Of a DNA stretch of 64,000 nt, positions 38,284-48,490 are shown in pieces (position 1 is the first letter of the stretch; each line of letters opens with the position of its first letter). The position numbers and the translations under genes were made by a program. This DNA comes from an uncultured Methanosarcinales archaeon (GTDB lineage: Archaea > Nanobdellota > Nanobdellia > Woesearchaeales > JABMPP01), in NCBI GenBank assembly GCA_964604995.1, contig CAZSAD010000004.1:1800-65799 (forward strand), read 5' to 3'. The notes under the pieces were generated by a model, which did not search any database, had not been told where the DNA came from, and saw nothing but the letters and a program-made list of their open reading frames with translations.

Positions 38284-40269
38284 TCAATCAATATCACTTA
38301 ATACTTTTGTTAAGATACTTACAGCTTCATCTGCTTCTTTTTCAGTTATTGTAAGTGAAGGCAGTAATCTTAATGTATTTTCAGCTACATTGTTTATCAA
38401 AAGTCCATTCTCTAAACATTTATCACAAACTTTTTTGGCATCACCATCAATTTCAATACCAATCATCAATCCTAAACCTTTAACATTCTTAACTTTAGGA
38501 ATAATTACTAGTTTTGATTGGAGATAATTTCCAATATTCGTGGCATTTTCCATAAGCTTGTTTTCTAAAATATAATCTATTGTTTCATTTGCAGCTGCAC
38601 AAACAACATTATTTCCTCCAAAAGTTGAAGCATGATCTCCTTTTTCAAATTCAAAATTAGAAATGCAAACTCCAATTGGAAGTCCATTTGCTAATCCTTT
38701 AGCAGTTGTTACAATATCAGGAATTATGTTTGAGTGTAAATATGCAAAATATTTACCAGTTCTTCCATTGCCTGTTTGAACTTCATCAATTATTAAAAGA
38801 ACATTTTCTTCTTTGCAAAGCATTGATATTTTTTTTAGATAATCTTCACTTGGAACAATAATTCCAGCTTCGCCTTGAATAGGTTCAATCATTACAGCTG
38901 CAACATCATTTCCATTTTCCAAAATTGCTTTTTCAACAGCTTTGAAATTATTGTATGGAACAAAAATAAAACCGTCTACTAAGGGTTTAAAGGGATCTTT
39001 ATATTTTTGTTTCCATGTCGCAGATAAACTACCATGTGTCCTACCATGAAAACAATGATCAAAAACAATAAATTTACTTTTTCCTGTAACTTTTTTTGCA
39101 AGTTTTATTGCAGCTTCATTAGCTTCAGCACCACTATTACAAAAAAATGTTTTTTTAAGACCAGATAACATAGATAATTTTTGTGCTAAATTAACTTGTG
39201 GTTCAGTATAATATAAATTACTTACATGTGTTAATTTTAACATTTGTGAACAAACTGCATTTGCAACTTTTTCATTAGCATGCCCAACTGAAACGCAAGC
39301 TATTCCTCCAATAAAATCCAGATATTTTTTCCCTTCAGTATCAAATACATAAGCACCTTTGCCACTATCAATTGCTAAATCAAATCTTCCATATGTTCCC
39401 ATAATAAATTCTTTTTCTTTATTTTTTATTTCATTGGTTCCATTTTTTACAATTTCGGTGCCGATTCCTTTATCAGTAAATATTTCAAGCAAAAGCGCGT
39501 GACTTATTGTTCCATTAATCAAATGCGCTTTAGGACATCCTTCTTCTACTGCTTCCATACAAGCTTCAACTTTAGGGATCATTCCTTTTGTAATAATTCC
39601 CTTCTTGATTTTTTTAGCAGCAGCATCTAAACTAAGATGTGTCATAAGTTGACCATTTTCTAAAACTCCATCGACATCAGTTAAAAGTGTAAATTTTTCA
39701 GCTTTGATTGCAATCGCAACTTTAACTGCTACGCTATCTGCATTAATATTATATTTTTGATTATTAGAATCCAATCCAATAGGTGAAATAACTGGCACTT
39801 TTCCTACTTTGATTGCATTTTCAATTTTATCTACCATCACTTTTTTTATTGTTCCAACATAGCCTAATTGTTTATCTTTTTGTTCAACAATAATACAATC
39901 AGAAATATTTTCAGCTAATATTTGAAATTCATTTAATAATTCACATATTTCTGAATTTATTTTTTTAGACATGTTTTCAACAATTTTTATAGTTGACTCA
40001 TTAGTTATTCTATGTCCATTAACAAAAGTTGGCTCAAGACCTATTTTTTTCATCTCTTCGGTTATATTTGGTCCTCCACCGTGGACAACTACAATATTAA
40101 TACCGACTGTTTTTAGTAAGGAGATATCTTTAATTACTGATTTTTGAAGTTCTAAACTTTTCATGGCATTTCCGCCATATTTTATAACAAAAGTTTTGCC
40201 TTTGAATTTTTGTATATAAGGCAACGCCTCATCTGTTAGTAAACTTGCTTTTTCCATTATAATTTTCAT
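38284..40269 (-). CDS. Apparent fusion: acetylglutamate kinase (N-terminal) plus acetylornithine aminotransferase (C-terminal)
   Basis: Residues 1 to about 270 carry ArgB motifs (VIKYGGNAM, VVHGGGP, GIGTEI). Residues from about 285 carry class-III aminotransferase motifs (DFIGGIACVSVGH, FIVFDHCFHGRTHG, IIDEVQTGNGRTG, TTAKGLANG). A single continuous 661-aa frame. Confidence 0.7.
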   Translation of the reverse strand: MKIIMEKASLLTDEALPYIQKFKGKTFVIKYGGNAMKSLELQKSVIKDISLLKTVGINIVVVHGGGPNITEEMKKIGLEPTFVNGHRITNESTIKIVENMSKKINSEICELLNEFQILAENISDCIIVEQKDKQLGYVGTIKKVMVDKIENAIKVGKVPVISPIGLDSNNQKYNINADSVAVKVAIAIKAEKFTLLTDVDGVLENGQLMTHLSLDAAAKKIKKGIITKGMIPKVEACMEAVEEGCPKAHLINGTISHALLLEIFTDKGIGTEIVKNGTNEIKNKEKEFIMGTYGRFDLAIDSGKGAYVFDTEGKKYLDFIGGIACVSVGHANEKVANAVCSQMLKLTHVSNLYYTEPQVNLAQKLSMLSGLKKTFFCNSGAEANEAAIKLAKKVTGKSKFIVFDHCFHGRTHGSLSATWKQKYKDPFKPLVDGFIFVPYNNFKAVEKAILENGNDVAAVMIEPIQGEAGIIVPSEDYLKKISMLCKEENVLLIIDEVQTGNGRTGKYFAYLHSNIIPDIVTTAKGLANGLPIGVCISNFEFEKGDHASTFGGNNVVCAAANETIDYILENKLMENATNIGNYLQSKLVIIPKVKNVKGLGLMIGIEIDGDAKKVCDKCLENGLLINNVAENTLRLLPSLTITEKEADEAVSILTKVLSDID

Positions 40270-40313
40270 TTAATTCACCCGTATTATTCCCATGTTATTT
40301 CAGTAAAATTTAA

Positions 40314-41474
40314 TCAAGTGTGATAATGTGCATTTATTTCAATATATTTTTCAGTTAAATCGCAACCAAATGCACTTGCGTAATTATTTCCCAAACCTAA
40401 ATCAATTGTTACATGCAATTTTTCTTGGTCCATGACTTTTTTTATTTCTTCATAATCAAAATTTGTTGTAACTCCATTTTCTACAATTTGTTTATCACCA
40501 AAAAATACACTTACTTTAGATTCATCAAAGTATGCTCCAGAGTTACCCATAGCACAAAGAATTCTTCCCCAATTAGGATCATTACCATATGCTGCACACT
40601 TAAATAAATTACTGGATATAATTGATTTTGCAAGTTTTCTTGCATTATCTAAAGTATCGGAATTTTTAACAGTTACTTCAACAAGTTTAGTTGCACCTTC
40701 ACCATCTGTTGCTATTTTTCTAGCCAAGTTCTGGCAAACAAATAACAAAGCAGTATAAAATTTATTATGGTCAACTTTTCCAGCATAACCATTTGCGAGT
40801 ATTATACACATATCAGATGTTGAAGTATCCATATCAACACTTAGCATATTAAAAGAATCATTTACTGCATTTCTTAACATAATTTGTAAATCATTGCTAT
40901 CAATTTTAGCATCAGTTGTTATGAATGAAAGCATTGTTGCCATATTTGGATGTATCATTCCTGAACCTTTAGCAATTGCACCAATTGTAAAATTTTCATC
41001 TTTGACACAAATTTCTTTTTTTATTAAATCAGTTGTTAGAATTGCATTTGCTACTTTACTTTTAGTTGATAGTTCTTGTTTTATATTTTTAATTCCAGCT
41101 TCAATTTTTTCCATTGGTAAATATTTACCAATTACACCAGTTGATGCAACTAAAACATCGCTTTCATTGATACCTAATTCTTTTGCTGTAAGTTGTGCTG
41201 TTTTTTTGGCATCTTTTAATCCAATTTTTCCAGTACAAACATTTGCAACTCCTGAATTTATTACAATTGCTTGTGCAAATCCATTTTCTAAATGATTTTT
41301 AGTTACAATTAATGGTGCACCTTTGACATTATTTTTAGTATAAACTGCTGCTGCATTGCATTTTTTATCGCAATAAATTACAGCAAAATCCAATTTACTT
41401 TTCTTTATACCAATCGCTTTGCCAAGAGCCAAAAAACCTTTGACACTAGTTACATCCCCTTCTAGAATTTGCAT
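40314..41474 (-). CDS. argJ: Glutamate N-acetyltransferase / ornithine acetyltransferase
   Basis: Autoproteolysis site ATMLSFITTDA. 386 aa. Confidence 0.8.
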   Translation of the reverse strand: MQILEGDVTSVKGFLALGKAIGIKKSKLDFAVIYCDKKCNAAAVYTKNNVKGAPLIVTKNHLENGFAQAIVINSGVANVCTGKIGLKDAKKTAQLTAKELGINESDVLVASTGVIGKYLPMEKIEAGIKNIKQELSTKSKVANAILTTDLIKKEICVKDENFTIGAIAKGSGMIHPNMATMLSFITTDAKIDSNDLQIMLRNAVNDSFNMLSVDMDTSTSDMCIILANGYAGKVDHNKFYTALLFVCQNLARKIATDGEGATKLVEVTVKNSDTLDNARKLAKSIISSNLFKCAAYGNDPNWGRILCAMGNSGAYFDESKVSVFFGDKQIVENGVTTNFDYEEIKKVMDQEKLHVTIDLGLGNNYASAFGCDLTEKYIEINAHYHT

Positions 41475-41685
41475 TTAAAACTCACATCCCTGCTATTCAT
41501 TTGATATTTCTTCAGTTAATATTTCTTACACCCTCTTATTTAAATTATATTAAACAAAAAATAACTATGATTTCAGCTGGCTTTTTATGTAATGCGTATG
41601 AAATTTAACAAAAGATTAACAAATTGTTTTATTTAGAACAGTAGTGTAGTTAAGAAAATTTAGTGAATAAAAAAATACAGTGTAA

Positions 41686-42237
41686 CTAAGATTTACCATA
41701 TAATTTAGTTATAAGATCTGCTTTAGTTATTAAACCAATGTATTTTCCTTTTTCAGAAACAATAATTAATGAAAAGAATTTAAGCAAACTTGAAATAACA
41801 TCTACTGACGTTGTTTTTGATATAATAGGTGGCGCTTCTTCCATCATTGTTTTAACTTTATTGATAGATTGACCATTCATAATACTATCTAGAATTGTAC
41901 TTTCTGAAATTATTCCAATTATTTTTCCACTTTCCATTACTGGCATTTGTGATATTTCATGTTTTTTCATAATTTCAATTGCTTTTTTTGCATCTTCTTG
42001 TGCGTCTACAAAAATAACTTTCTTTTGCATAATTTCTTCTGCACAAATTTCATGATTTTTTCCTAAATCGCTAATTGCTTTTTCAATTTTTATCCAATTA
42101 GAATAGGTTGGATCTACTCTTTTTGACTCAATTTTTGCAATAAGGCTTTGACTAACACCTGATTTTTTAGCTAAATCTATTTGAGTCAATCCTAATTTTC
42201 TTCGTACATCTTTTAATTCTTCAATGGTTATTTTCAT
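41686..42237 (-). CDS. HTH (XRE-type) plus CBS-pair regulator
   Basis: N-terminus LGLTQIDLAKKSGVSQSLIAKIE is an HTH, followed by two CBS motifs. Lies immediately upstream of the arg operon on the same strand. Confidence 0.6.
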   Translation of the reverse strand: MKITIEELKDVRRKLGLTQIDLAKKSGVSQSLIAKIESKRVDPTYSNWIKIEKAISDLGKNHEICAEEIMQKKVIFVDAQEDAKKAIEIMKKHEISQMPVMESGKIIGIISESTILDSIMNGQSINKVKTMMEEAPPIISKTTSVDVISSLLKFFSLIIVSEKGKYIGLITKADLITKLYGKS

Positions 42238-42399
42238 AGATAAGAATAATCTCTATCCATTTATATTCTTTATGGAATTTTTAAAATAAATTGTTGAATT
42301 GTGTAAATTTAATAGGATTTATTAGAATTCAATGAAATTGATTATAATTTAATGGATATATTTAAAAAGTAATATTACTATGTATCTTTAGGTGATATT

Positions 42400-42627
42400 A
42401 TGAAATGGCTTTTTGCTTCAGTAGCTGGAGGGTTTACTGCCCTTTTGATGACAGTTGCAGCTTCTGCACTGCTAATTTTTTTGGGTTTGGTGTATTTTAT
42501 GGTTACACTTTGGATAATAAAATTTAGTGCAGGTTGGCTCGGATATAGTTTAGATGGGAATTATGCAGTTTTATCAGCTAGTTTAATATCTGTTGGAACT
42601 ATCTTAGGCTCGTCACTAAAAAAATAA
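42400..42627 (+). CDS. Small membrane protein (2 TM)
   Basis: 75-aa hydrophobic ORF. Confidence 0.3.
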   Translation: MKWLFASVAGGFTALLMTVAASALLIFLGLVYFMVTLWIIKFSAGWLGYSLDGNYAVLSASLISVGTILGSSLKK

Positions 42628-42709
42628 TTTTTTTATTATTAGTTTACTATCATAACAAATATATTTGATGTTATTTGGGTTTAAAATAATGTTAAATATT
42701 TAAACAGAA

Positions 42710-43657
42710 ATGAATAAAATTTACATCCTAAAAAAGAGATTGGAATTAACTTCTTTAGATAAACTTACAAAATTTGATGTAAAAAAATATAGGGTATGGA
42801 TTGATATAACTGAACCAACAAAAGAAGAGCTTTCATTTGTTAAAAATTTATTTGATACTCACCCACTTATTTTAGAGGATATGTCAAAGCATTTGACAAG
42901 ACCAAAAGTAGATTATTTCCCTCACCACAGTTTTATTGTTCTTTATGGATTAGTTAAGGAAGATAAAATAAAAAGAGTAGAACTTGATTTTTTAATTGGA
43001 AAAAATTACATTCTAAGTAATCACATGCGTAAAATTGAAAGTTTTGAATTACTAAAAAAAGATTTGCAAAGAATTGAAGACTTGTTAAAAAAAGGTCCAG
43101 ATTTAATGTTGCACCATTTAGTTGATATGGAAATTGATAATTATATGCCAATTTTATCTTCAATAGATATAGATATAGAACAGCTTGAAAAACAAGCAGT
43201 AATAAATCCCACTCCCCAAATGCTAACTAAATTATTTGAAGTTAAAAGACAATTAATTAGTATTAGAAAAGTTGCAAGTCCTGAAAGAGATGTAATAATG
43301 GCCTTAACAAAAAGAGACCATATATTTATAACTCTAAAAGCACATATCTATTTTAGAGATGTGTACGATCACATTATTAGAATTAATGATCAAATTGAAA
43401 ACTATAGAGAGATTATATCCTCAATTCTTGAAGTACATTTATCAGTTACTTCAAATAAATTAAATGAAATAATGAAAGTATTAACAATTATTACAACAAT
43501 TTTAATGCCAATTACTGCAATAGCTGGAATTTATGGCATGAACTTTCATAATATGCCTGAATTATCCTGGAAATATGGATATTTTTTTGCAGTGGGAATT
43601 ATGTTATCTATATCGGCAGGTCTTCTCATTTTTATCAAAAAAAGAAAATGGATTTAA
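42710..43657 (+). CDS. corA: CorA-family Mg2+/Co2+ transporter
   Basis: C-terminal two-TM region with the YGMNF signature (GIYGMNFHNMPE). Confidence 0.75.
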   Translation: MNKIYILKKRLELTSLDKLTKFDVKKYRVWIDITEPTKEELSFVKNLFDTHPLILEDMSKHLTRPKVDYFPHHSFIVLYGLVKEDKIKRVELDFLIGKNYILSNHMRKIESFELLKKDLQRIEDLLKKGPDLMLHHLVDMEIDNYMPILSSIDIDIEQLEKQAVINPTPQMLTKLFEVKRQLISIRKVASPERDVIMALTKRDHIFITLKAHIYFRDVYDHIIRINDQIENYREIISSILEVHLSVTSNKLNEIMKVLTIITTILMPITAIAGIYGMNFHNMPELSWKYGYFFAVGIMLSISAGLLIFIKKRKWI

Positions 43658-43690
43658 GAATTCTAAAATAAGATTATATTAAATTTTTTT

Positions 43691-45373
43691 ATGTTAACTA
43701 TTATTCCAATAGGAATAATTTTGTCAAAAGGATATAAAAAGAGTTTTTCATTCCAAAAAACTATGAGATCAGATACTGTAAATATTAAATCTGTAAAAAA
43801 CGAAATTCCCTTAAAAAAAGAATTTAATATTTTGGATAAAGGAAATATGATGGAAGAAATATTTGCATCTTACTTTGAAAATGCTATGGTTGGATTAACT
43901 AATATAAGTTTATCTGAAAAAGCTGAACTTTATCATACGACAATGTACCCAACAAAAGAAGATGAAAAATATATTTTGATAACAAAAGAAAAAGACCATT
44001 ATCTTTTAACAACAATGGATGCTTTAGGACATGTTAATTTAGTTCAAAAAGCTAAGTTAAGTAATAAAAATAGTGACAATAATAACCCCAATAAAGATTT
44101 AAAACTTGAAGAAATTTTAAGAAGAACAAAGCAAAATGAATATATTAGCAATAGGGAAAATTTTCCAGCAGATGGTATTGATAAAGATATTCAATTTACA
44201 AATAATCAATTGTCTGCATTAATTTTAGATCATGTCTATAACATTATAAGAGATCTTCCTTTAGCTTCTAATTATAATGGCATAAGATCATTAAATATCT
44301 TAAAAGAAAAAACTGGTGAGCAGATTTTAAAAAGATTCAAAGAATGGTATTTTATGATTGATGATCCAGGAACAATTATTCCAGATTCAGACAGCCCTTA
44401 TGTTTTACCATTTATTACAACTTCAATTGGATGTTACAGAGACTGTGCTCATTGTCCTGAAGGAGGAGGTATGCTTTTTTTCTCAAGGAAAAAAATTGAA
44501 AATGGAATAAAAACCGCAATGGCAATTGCAAAAGAATATCATCCTAATGATTATGAAGAACTTGATGAAGAGTTTATTAACACTGCAGATCTTCCTGCAC
44601 ACGATTTATTTTATAACCCAAGTAAAAATGAACAAAAACCAAATAATGAAAATGAAATTTTGAGATATAGTGAAATGAAAGCAATAGAAATAATAAACCA
44701 AATCACAAAAGAAAATTCTAATATTAATAAATTGGGTTCGTTTATGGGTGTTAAGACAATTTTAGAGATGTATAAAAAAGAAGGCGACAAATATTTTAAG
44801 GATTTGGCAGATGCTGGATTGAATAGAGCATACATAGGAATAGAAACTGGCCATGATTTAGCCTCAAAGCTTTTAGGTAAAAATGAGACTGCAGATGAAA
44901 AATTAAAAGCAATTGAAATATTAAAAAATGCAGGTATTGGTGTAAAATTAATAATGTTAGTTGGAGCTTTTGGAGAAGGATTCTATTCAAAACCATTAAC
45001 TGGGAATAGTGAAGAAGATAAGAAAAATTTTATTTCTAAAAATGAGATAATAAATGCAAATGCGAAATTTGTGGCAAATGCAAAGCCATATAGAATAATG
45101 CCCTCTAATTTTTTGCCTTTGAAAAATATAAAGTGGCATGATTTAATAAAAACTGGCAGAATTATCCCTTATGAACAAGGGATTCAGTTCGATAAAGAGT
45201 ATGGAATGCTAATTAAAAAAATAGAAAAAATAGGAGGCAATGAAGGTTATCAAGGCAATTTATATAATCCTAATTTTAAAGTTGTTAATATAGTTGAACC
45301 CTATAGCGAATATGTTGAAGGTAAAAAAAGACCAGAACATAGAGTGAGAAAAATTAACATTGTACAAAATTAA
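43691..45373 (+). CDS. Radical SAM domain protein with a ~230-aa N-terminal extension of unknown function
   Basis: CX3CX2C cluster GCYRDCAHCPEGGG. Downstream GLNRAYIGIETG. The annotated N-terminus lies inside a repeat copy, so the true start is probably further downstream, at MRSD or MMEE. Confidence 0.5.
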   Translation: MLTIIPIGIILSKGYKKSFSFQKTMRSDTVNIKSVKNEIPLKKEFNILDKGNMMEEIFASYFENAMVGLTNISLSEKAELYHTTMYPTKEDEKYILITKEKDHYLLTTMDALGHVNLVQKAKLSNKNSDNNNPNKDLKLEEILRRTKQNEYISNRENFPADGIDKDIQFTNNQLSALILDHVYNIIRDLPLASNYNGIRSLNILKEKTGEQILKRFKEWYFMIDDPGTIIPDSDSPYVLPFITTSIGCYRDCAHCPEGGGMLFFSRKKIENGIKTAMAIAKEYHPNDYEELDEEFINTADLPAHDLFYNPSKNEQKPNNENEILRYSEMKAIEIINQITKENSNINKLGSFMGVKTILEMYKKEGDKYFKDLADAGLNRAYIGIETGHDLASKLLGKNETADEKLKAIEILKNAGIGVKLIMLVGAFGEGFYSKPLTGNSEEDKKNFISKNEIINANAKFVANAKPYRIMPSNFLPLKNIKWHDLIKTGRIIPYEQGIQFDKEYGMLIKKIEKIGGNEGYQGNLYNPNFKVVNIVEPYSEYVEGKKRPEHRVRKINIVQN

Positions 45374-45607
45374 TTAGTATAAATATCGAATAGATTAGAA
45401 TATTGAAATAGATAAGAATATTGATATAAATTATAGTACGAACATACCACCTAAATAAAATATTCCAATAAGAATAATTTTGTCACGAACCTATATAAAA
45501 GGAATGGCTTAATCTAGAAATATTATCTTGATAAGTTAAAATAAAAATAGTTAAAGTATTATTTTATTCATAAGCCTTATAAATTGAACATTTTAATTAT
45601 TTTTTAG

Positions 45608-46150
45608 GTGAAAAATATGAATTACAAATCTAATGGTCATAATATAATAGAGGTATTTAACTCCCACTTTATTGCAGGAACTAACGAAAAATATAATATA
45701 ACTAATCCTGGCTCAGTTTTAGAAAGAATTGCTAACACTAAAAAATGTATTAGACAACAATTTCCAGATCTTACCCCAGATAAAATAAAATATGAAGCAC
45801 CAATAAATTTAAATGGAAAAGATTTTGAAAATATTAAAAAAAATTATACTGAAGAGCAAATTGTATTTAATTATGCACTTTATTCTTTACTAACAGCAGC
45901 TGAAAGTGAAATAAAAGATAATATTCCACTAAAAAAAGTACAATCTAATGTTACTTCCCTTATAGAAAAGTTGTCTGATAAAGAAGGATTAGAACCTATC
46001 CCTTCTTCAATTGAAAGTAATAAAATAAATTCTTATTTGGCAAATAATAATATTTTTCTTTTTATTCACAAAGCAAATAATAGAGGGAGTTATATTACTA
46101 AACCTGGTCATGTCAAAAAAAGAATAAAGGATAGAAAGGAAAATCTATAA
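45608..46150 (+). CDS. Hypothetical protein
   Basis: 180-aa ORF with no motif. Confidence 0.3.
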   Translation: MKNMNYKSNGHNIIEVFNSHFIAGTNEKYNITNPGSVLERIANTKKCIRQQFPDLTPDKIKYEAPINLNGKDFENIKKNYTEEQIVFNYALYSLLTAAESEIKDNIPLKKVQSNVTSLIEKLSDKEGLEPIPSSIESNKINSYLANNNIFLFIHKANNRGSYITKPGHVKKRIKDRKENL

Positions 46151-46200
46151 CTAAATAATAAATAACTAAATTACTAATCAAAACTATGAGGTGTTAAACT

Positions 46201-47361
46201 ATGGTTAAAAAATATGTTATAACAAGTGAAAGTGTAACTGAAGGACATCCAGATAAAATATGTGATCAAGTGAGTGATGCAATTTTAGATGAATTGTATA
46301 GACAAGATCCTTATTCAAGAGTTGCAATTGAAACAATGACAACAACTGGACTTGTTGTTTGTGTTGGAGAAGTTACAACAAAAGGATATGCTGATGTACA
46401 AAAAATAGTTAGAGAAACTCTAAAAGACATTGGATACACAAATCCTGAATTTGGGATAGATTGTAATGATGCTGGCGTTCTAGTTTCAATTCATGGCCAA
46501 TCACCAGATATTGCACAAGGTGTTGATGAGATAAAAGACCATGAACAAGGAGCTGGCGACCAAGGAATGATGTATGGTTATGCTTGCAATGAAACACCTG
46601 AATTAATGCCACTTCCAATAATTTTAGCACATAAACTAACAAAAAAGTTAGCTGATGTTAGAAAAAAAGGAACTATCAAAAACTTAGGTCCAGATGGGAA
46701 AAGCCAATGCAGTGTTGAATATGAAAATGATGTTCCAAAAAGATTAACTGCAGTTGTAATTGCCCAACAGCATACTGATAAAATTGGTGAAGATGAATTA
46801 AAAAAACAAATTCTTGAACAAGTTGTTAAACCAGTTTGTGAAAAGTTTATGGATAGTAACACAAAAATACATATTAATGCAACAGGTAAATTTGTGATAG
46901 GTGGTCCTGAAGGAGATAGTGGTGTTACTGGAAGAAAAATTATTGTCGATACATATGGTGGCGTTGGAAGACATGGTGGTGGAGCTTTCTCAGGAAAAGA
47001 TCCATCAAAAGTTGATAGGTCAGGAGCTTACATGGCAAGATATGTCGCAAAAAATATTGTAGCTGCAAATCTTGCAACCCAATGCGAGGTTCAAATTTCA
47101 TATGCAATTGGTGTAGCACAACCAACAAGTGTATATATCAACACTTTTGGAACAAGCAAAATCCCAGAAGAAAAAATATCAGAGCTAGTCTTCAAACATT
47201 TCAATATGACCCCAAGAGGTATTATTGAAACATTAAAATTAAGAAGACCTATTTACAGAAAAACTGCAGCTTACGGTCATTTTGGAAGAAATGATCCAGA
47301 TTTTACATGGGAAAAAACCGACAAAGCAGATGTTCTAAAAAAAGACGCAGGATTTAAGTAA
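46201..47361 (+). CDS. metK: S-adenosylmethionine synthetase, bacterial/eukaryal (MetK) type
   Basis: [52 protein letters not shown] are the canonical MetK motifs. Confidence 0.85.
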   Translation: MVKKYVITSESVTEGHPDKICDQVSDAILDELYRQDPYSRVAIETMTTTGLVVCVGEVTTKGYADVQKIVRETLKDIGYTNPEFGIDCNDAGVLVSIHGQSPDIAQGVDEIKDHEQGAGDQGMMYGYACNETPELMPLPIILAHKLTKKLADVRKKGTIKNLGPDGKSQCSVEYENDVPKRLTAVVIAQQHTDKIGEDELKKQILEQVVKPVCEKFMDSNTKIHINATGKFVIGGPEGDSGVTGRKIIVDTYGGVGRHGGGAFSGKDPSKVDRSGAYMARYVAKNIVAANLATQCEVQISYAIGVAQPTSVYINTFGTSKIPEEKISELVFKHFNMTPRGIIETLKLRRPIYRKTAAYGHFGRNDPDFTWEKTDKADVLKKDAGFK

Positions 47362-47375
47362 ATAGTAACACTTAA

Positions 47376-47990
47376 TTATTTTTTTATTTTTTGTTCTGTT
47401 TCAATAAATTCTTCAATATCATTTTTTATTTGTGCATTTGATTTGTAAAGAATAATATTAATCCCTAGTTTTTTTGCAACATCTAAATATTTTTGAGTAT
47501 TATCAATAAATAACACTTGGTTAGGTTCGCATTTGAGTGTTTTTATAACAAAATCCCAAACTCTTTCATCTGTTTTACTAATTTTTATTTTGTGTGATAA
47601 GAGTGTATCATCGAAATAAGTGCTAAAATCGATTTGTTTTTGATAATTTGGAAAGACTGGTTTAAAATTATTCGATAGCAAATAAGTTTTATAATTTTTT
47701 TTAAGTTGTGCTATGTAGTTTAGAATCTCAAAATTTATTTCAGGGATTTCATTAAAAATATATTCAAAGTCTTTTGGATTCTTTGAAATGTTCAAAGAGA
47801 AGATAAATTTATCTAAAAAATCTTCAGAGGTTATTTCATCTCTTGCAAAAGGTTGTAATAGTTTTTTAAATTCTAGTTTTACAGTATTTTCATCTAAATT
47901 AAATTTTTCTTTGAAATCACGAGCTATGCAGTCTCTCCAATTTTCTTTAGTACAAACCCCAAACCAGTCAAATATAACTATTTTTATCAT
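47376..47990 (-). CDS. HAD-like hydrolase (YihX-like subfamily)
   Basis: N-terminal IVIFDWFGV motif I variant. Paralogous to 59692..60396. Confidence 0.4.
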   Translation of the reverse strand: MIKIVIFDWFGVCTKENWRDCIARDFKEKFNLDENTVKLEFKKLLQPFARDEITSEDFLDKFIFSLNISKNPKDFEYIFNEIPEINFEILNYIAQLKKNYKTYLLSNNFKPVFPNYQKQIDFSTYFDDTLLSHKIKISKTDERVWDFVIKTLKCEPNQVLFIDNTQKYLDVAKKLGINIILYKSNAQIKNDIEEFIETEQKIKK

Positions 47991-48106
47991 TGAAATAGTT
48001 AAATAGAAGATGAATATTAATCTTATGATTATGAAATAATTGATAAATGTAAAAAAAGTATAAAATATGCTAATGGAGTATATACCGTCTAAAAATTTTT
48101 AAAATT

Positions 48107-48250
48107 TTATAATCTTCCTTTCATACTTTTCTCAGAAAGATTCAAAGAAATCTCATCTTGTTTTTGAAGCATTGCTTCGGCTTCCTCTTTTGTCGTCCCT
48201 AACAATTTTGCCAAGTCGTTGATGCTCATTTTCAAATGATTTTGGTGCAT
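48107..48250 (-). CDS. Small ORF (47 aa), possibly a small HTH-like protein
   Basis: Hand translation gives MHQNHLKMSINDLAKLLGTTKEEAEAMLQKQDEISLNLSEKSMKGRL. Not in the ORF track because it is under 60 aa. Sits in a 490-bp gap. Confidence 0.2.
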   Translation of the reverse strand: MHQNHLKMSINDLAKLLGTTKEEAEAMLQKQDEISLNLSEKSMKGRL

Positions 48251-48490
48251 AACTGTTATATAAATATTTCGAAATGTGTTTTTTATGGGATTATTAATTA
48301 TTTTTTTATTAGATACTGATATAAATTATATACCTGAATAGATATATTATTAAGATTATTTTAAAAAATATAGTTTATAAAATATATTTTAATAGATAAC
48401 TATAGAAATATATATTTTTAAGTATAATACACTATCAAATGGATTCTTAGGTCATTAACAAACAAATAACCATCCAATTTATTGAAATTA

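Noticed and set aside
46150-46200. Possible SAM riboswitch upstream of metK.
   Set aside because: The leader is only about 50 bp and entirely AT-rich with no conserved SAM-I/II stems. Riboswitches are rare in archaea.
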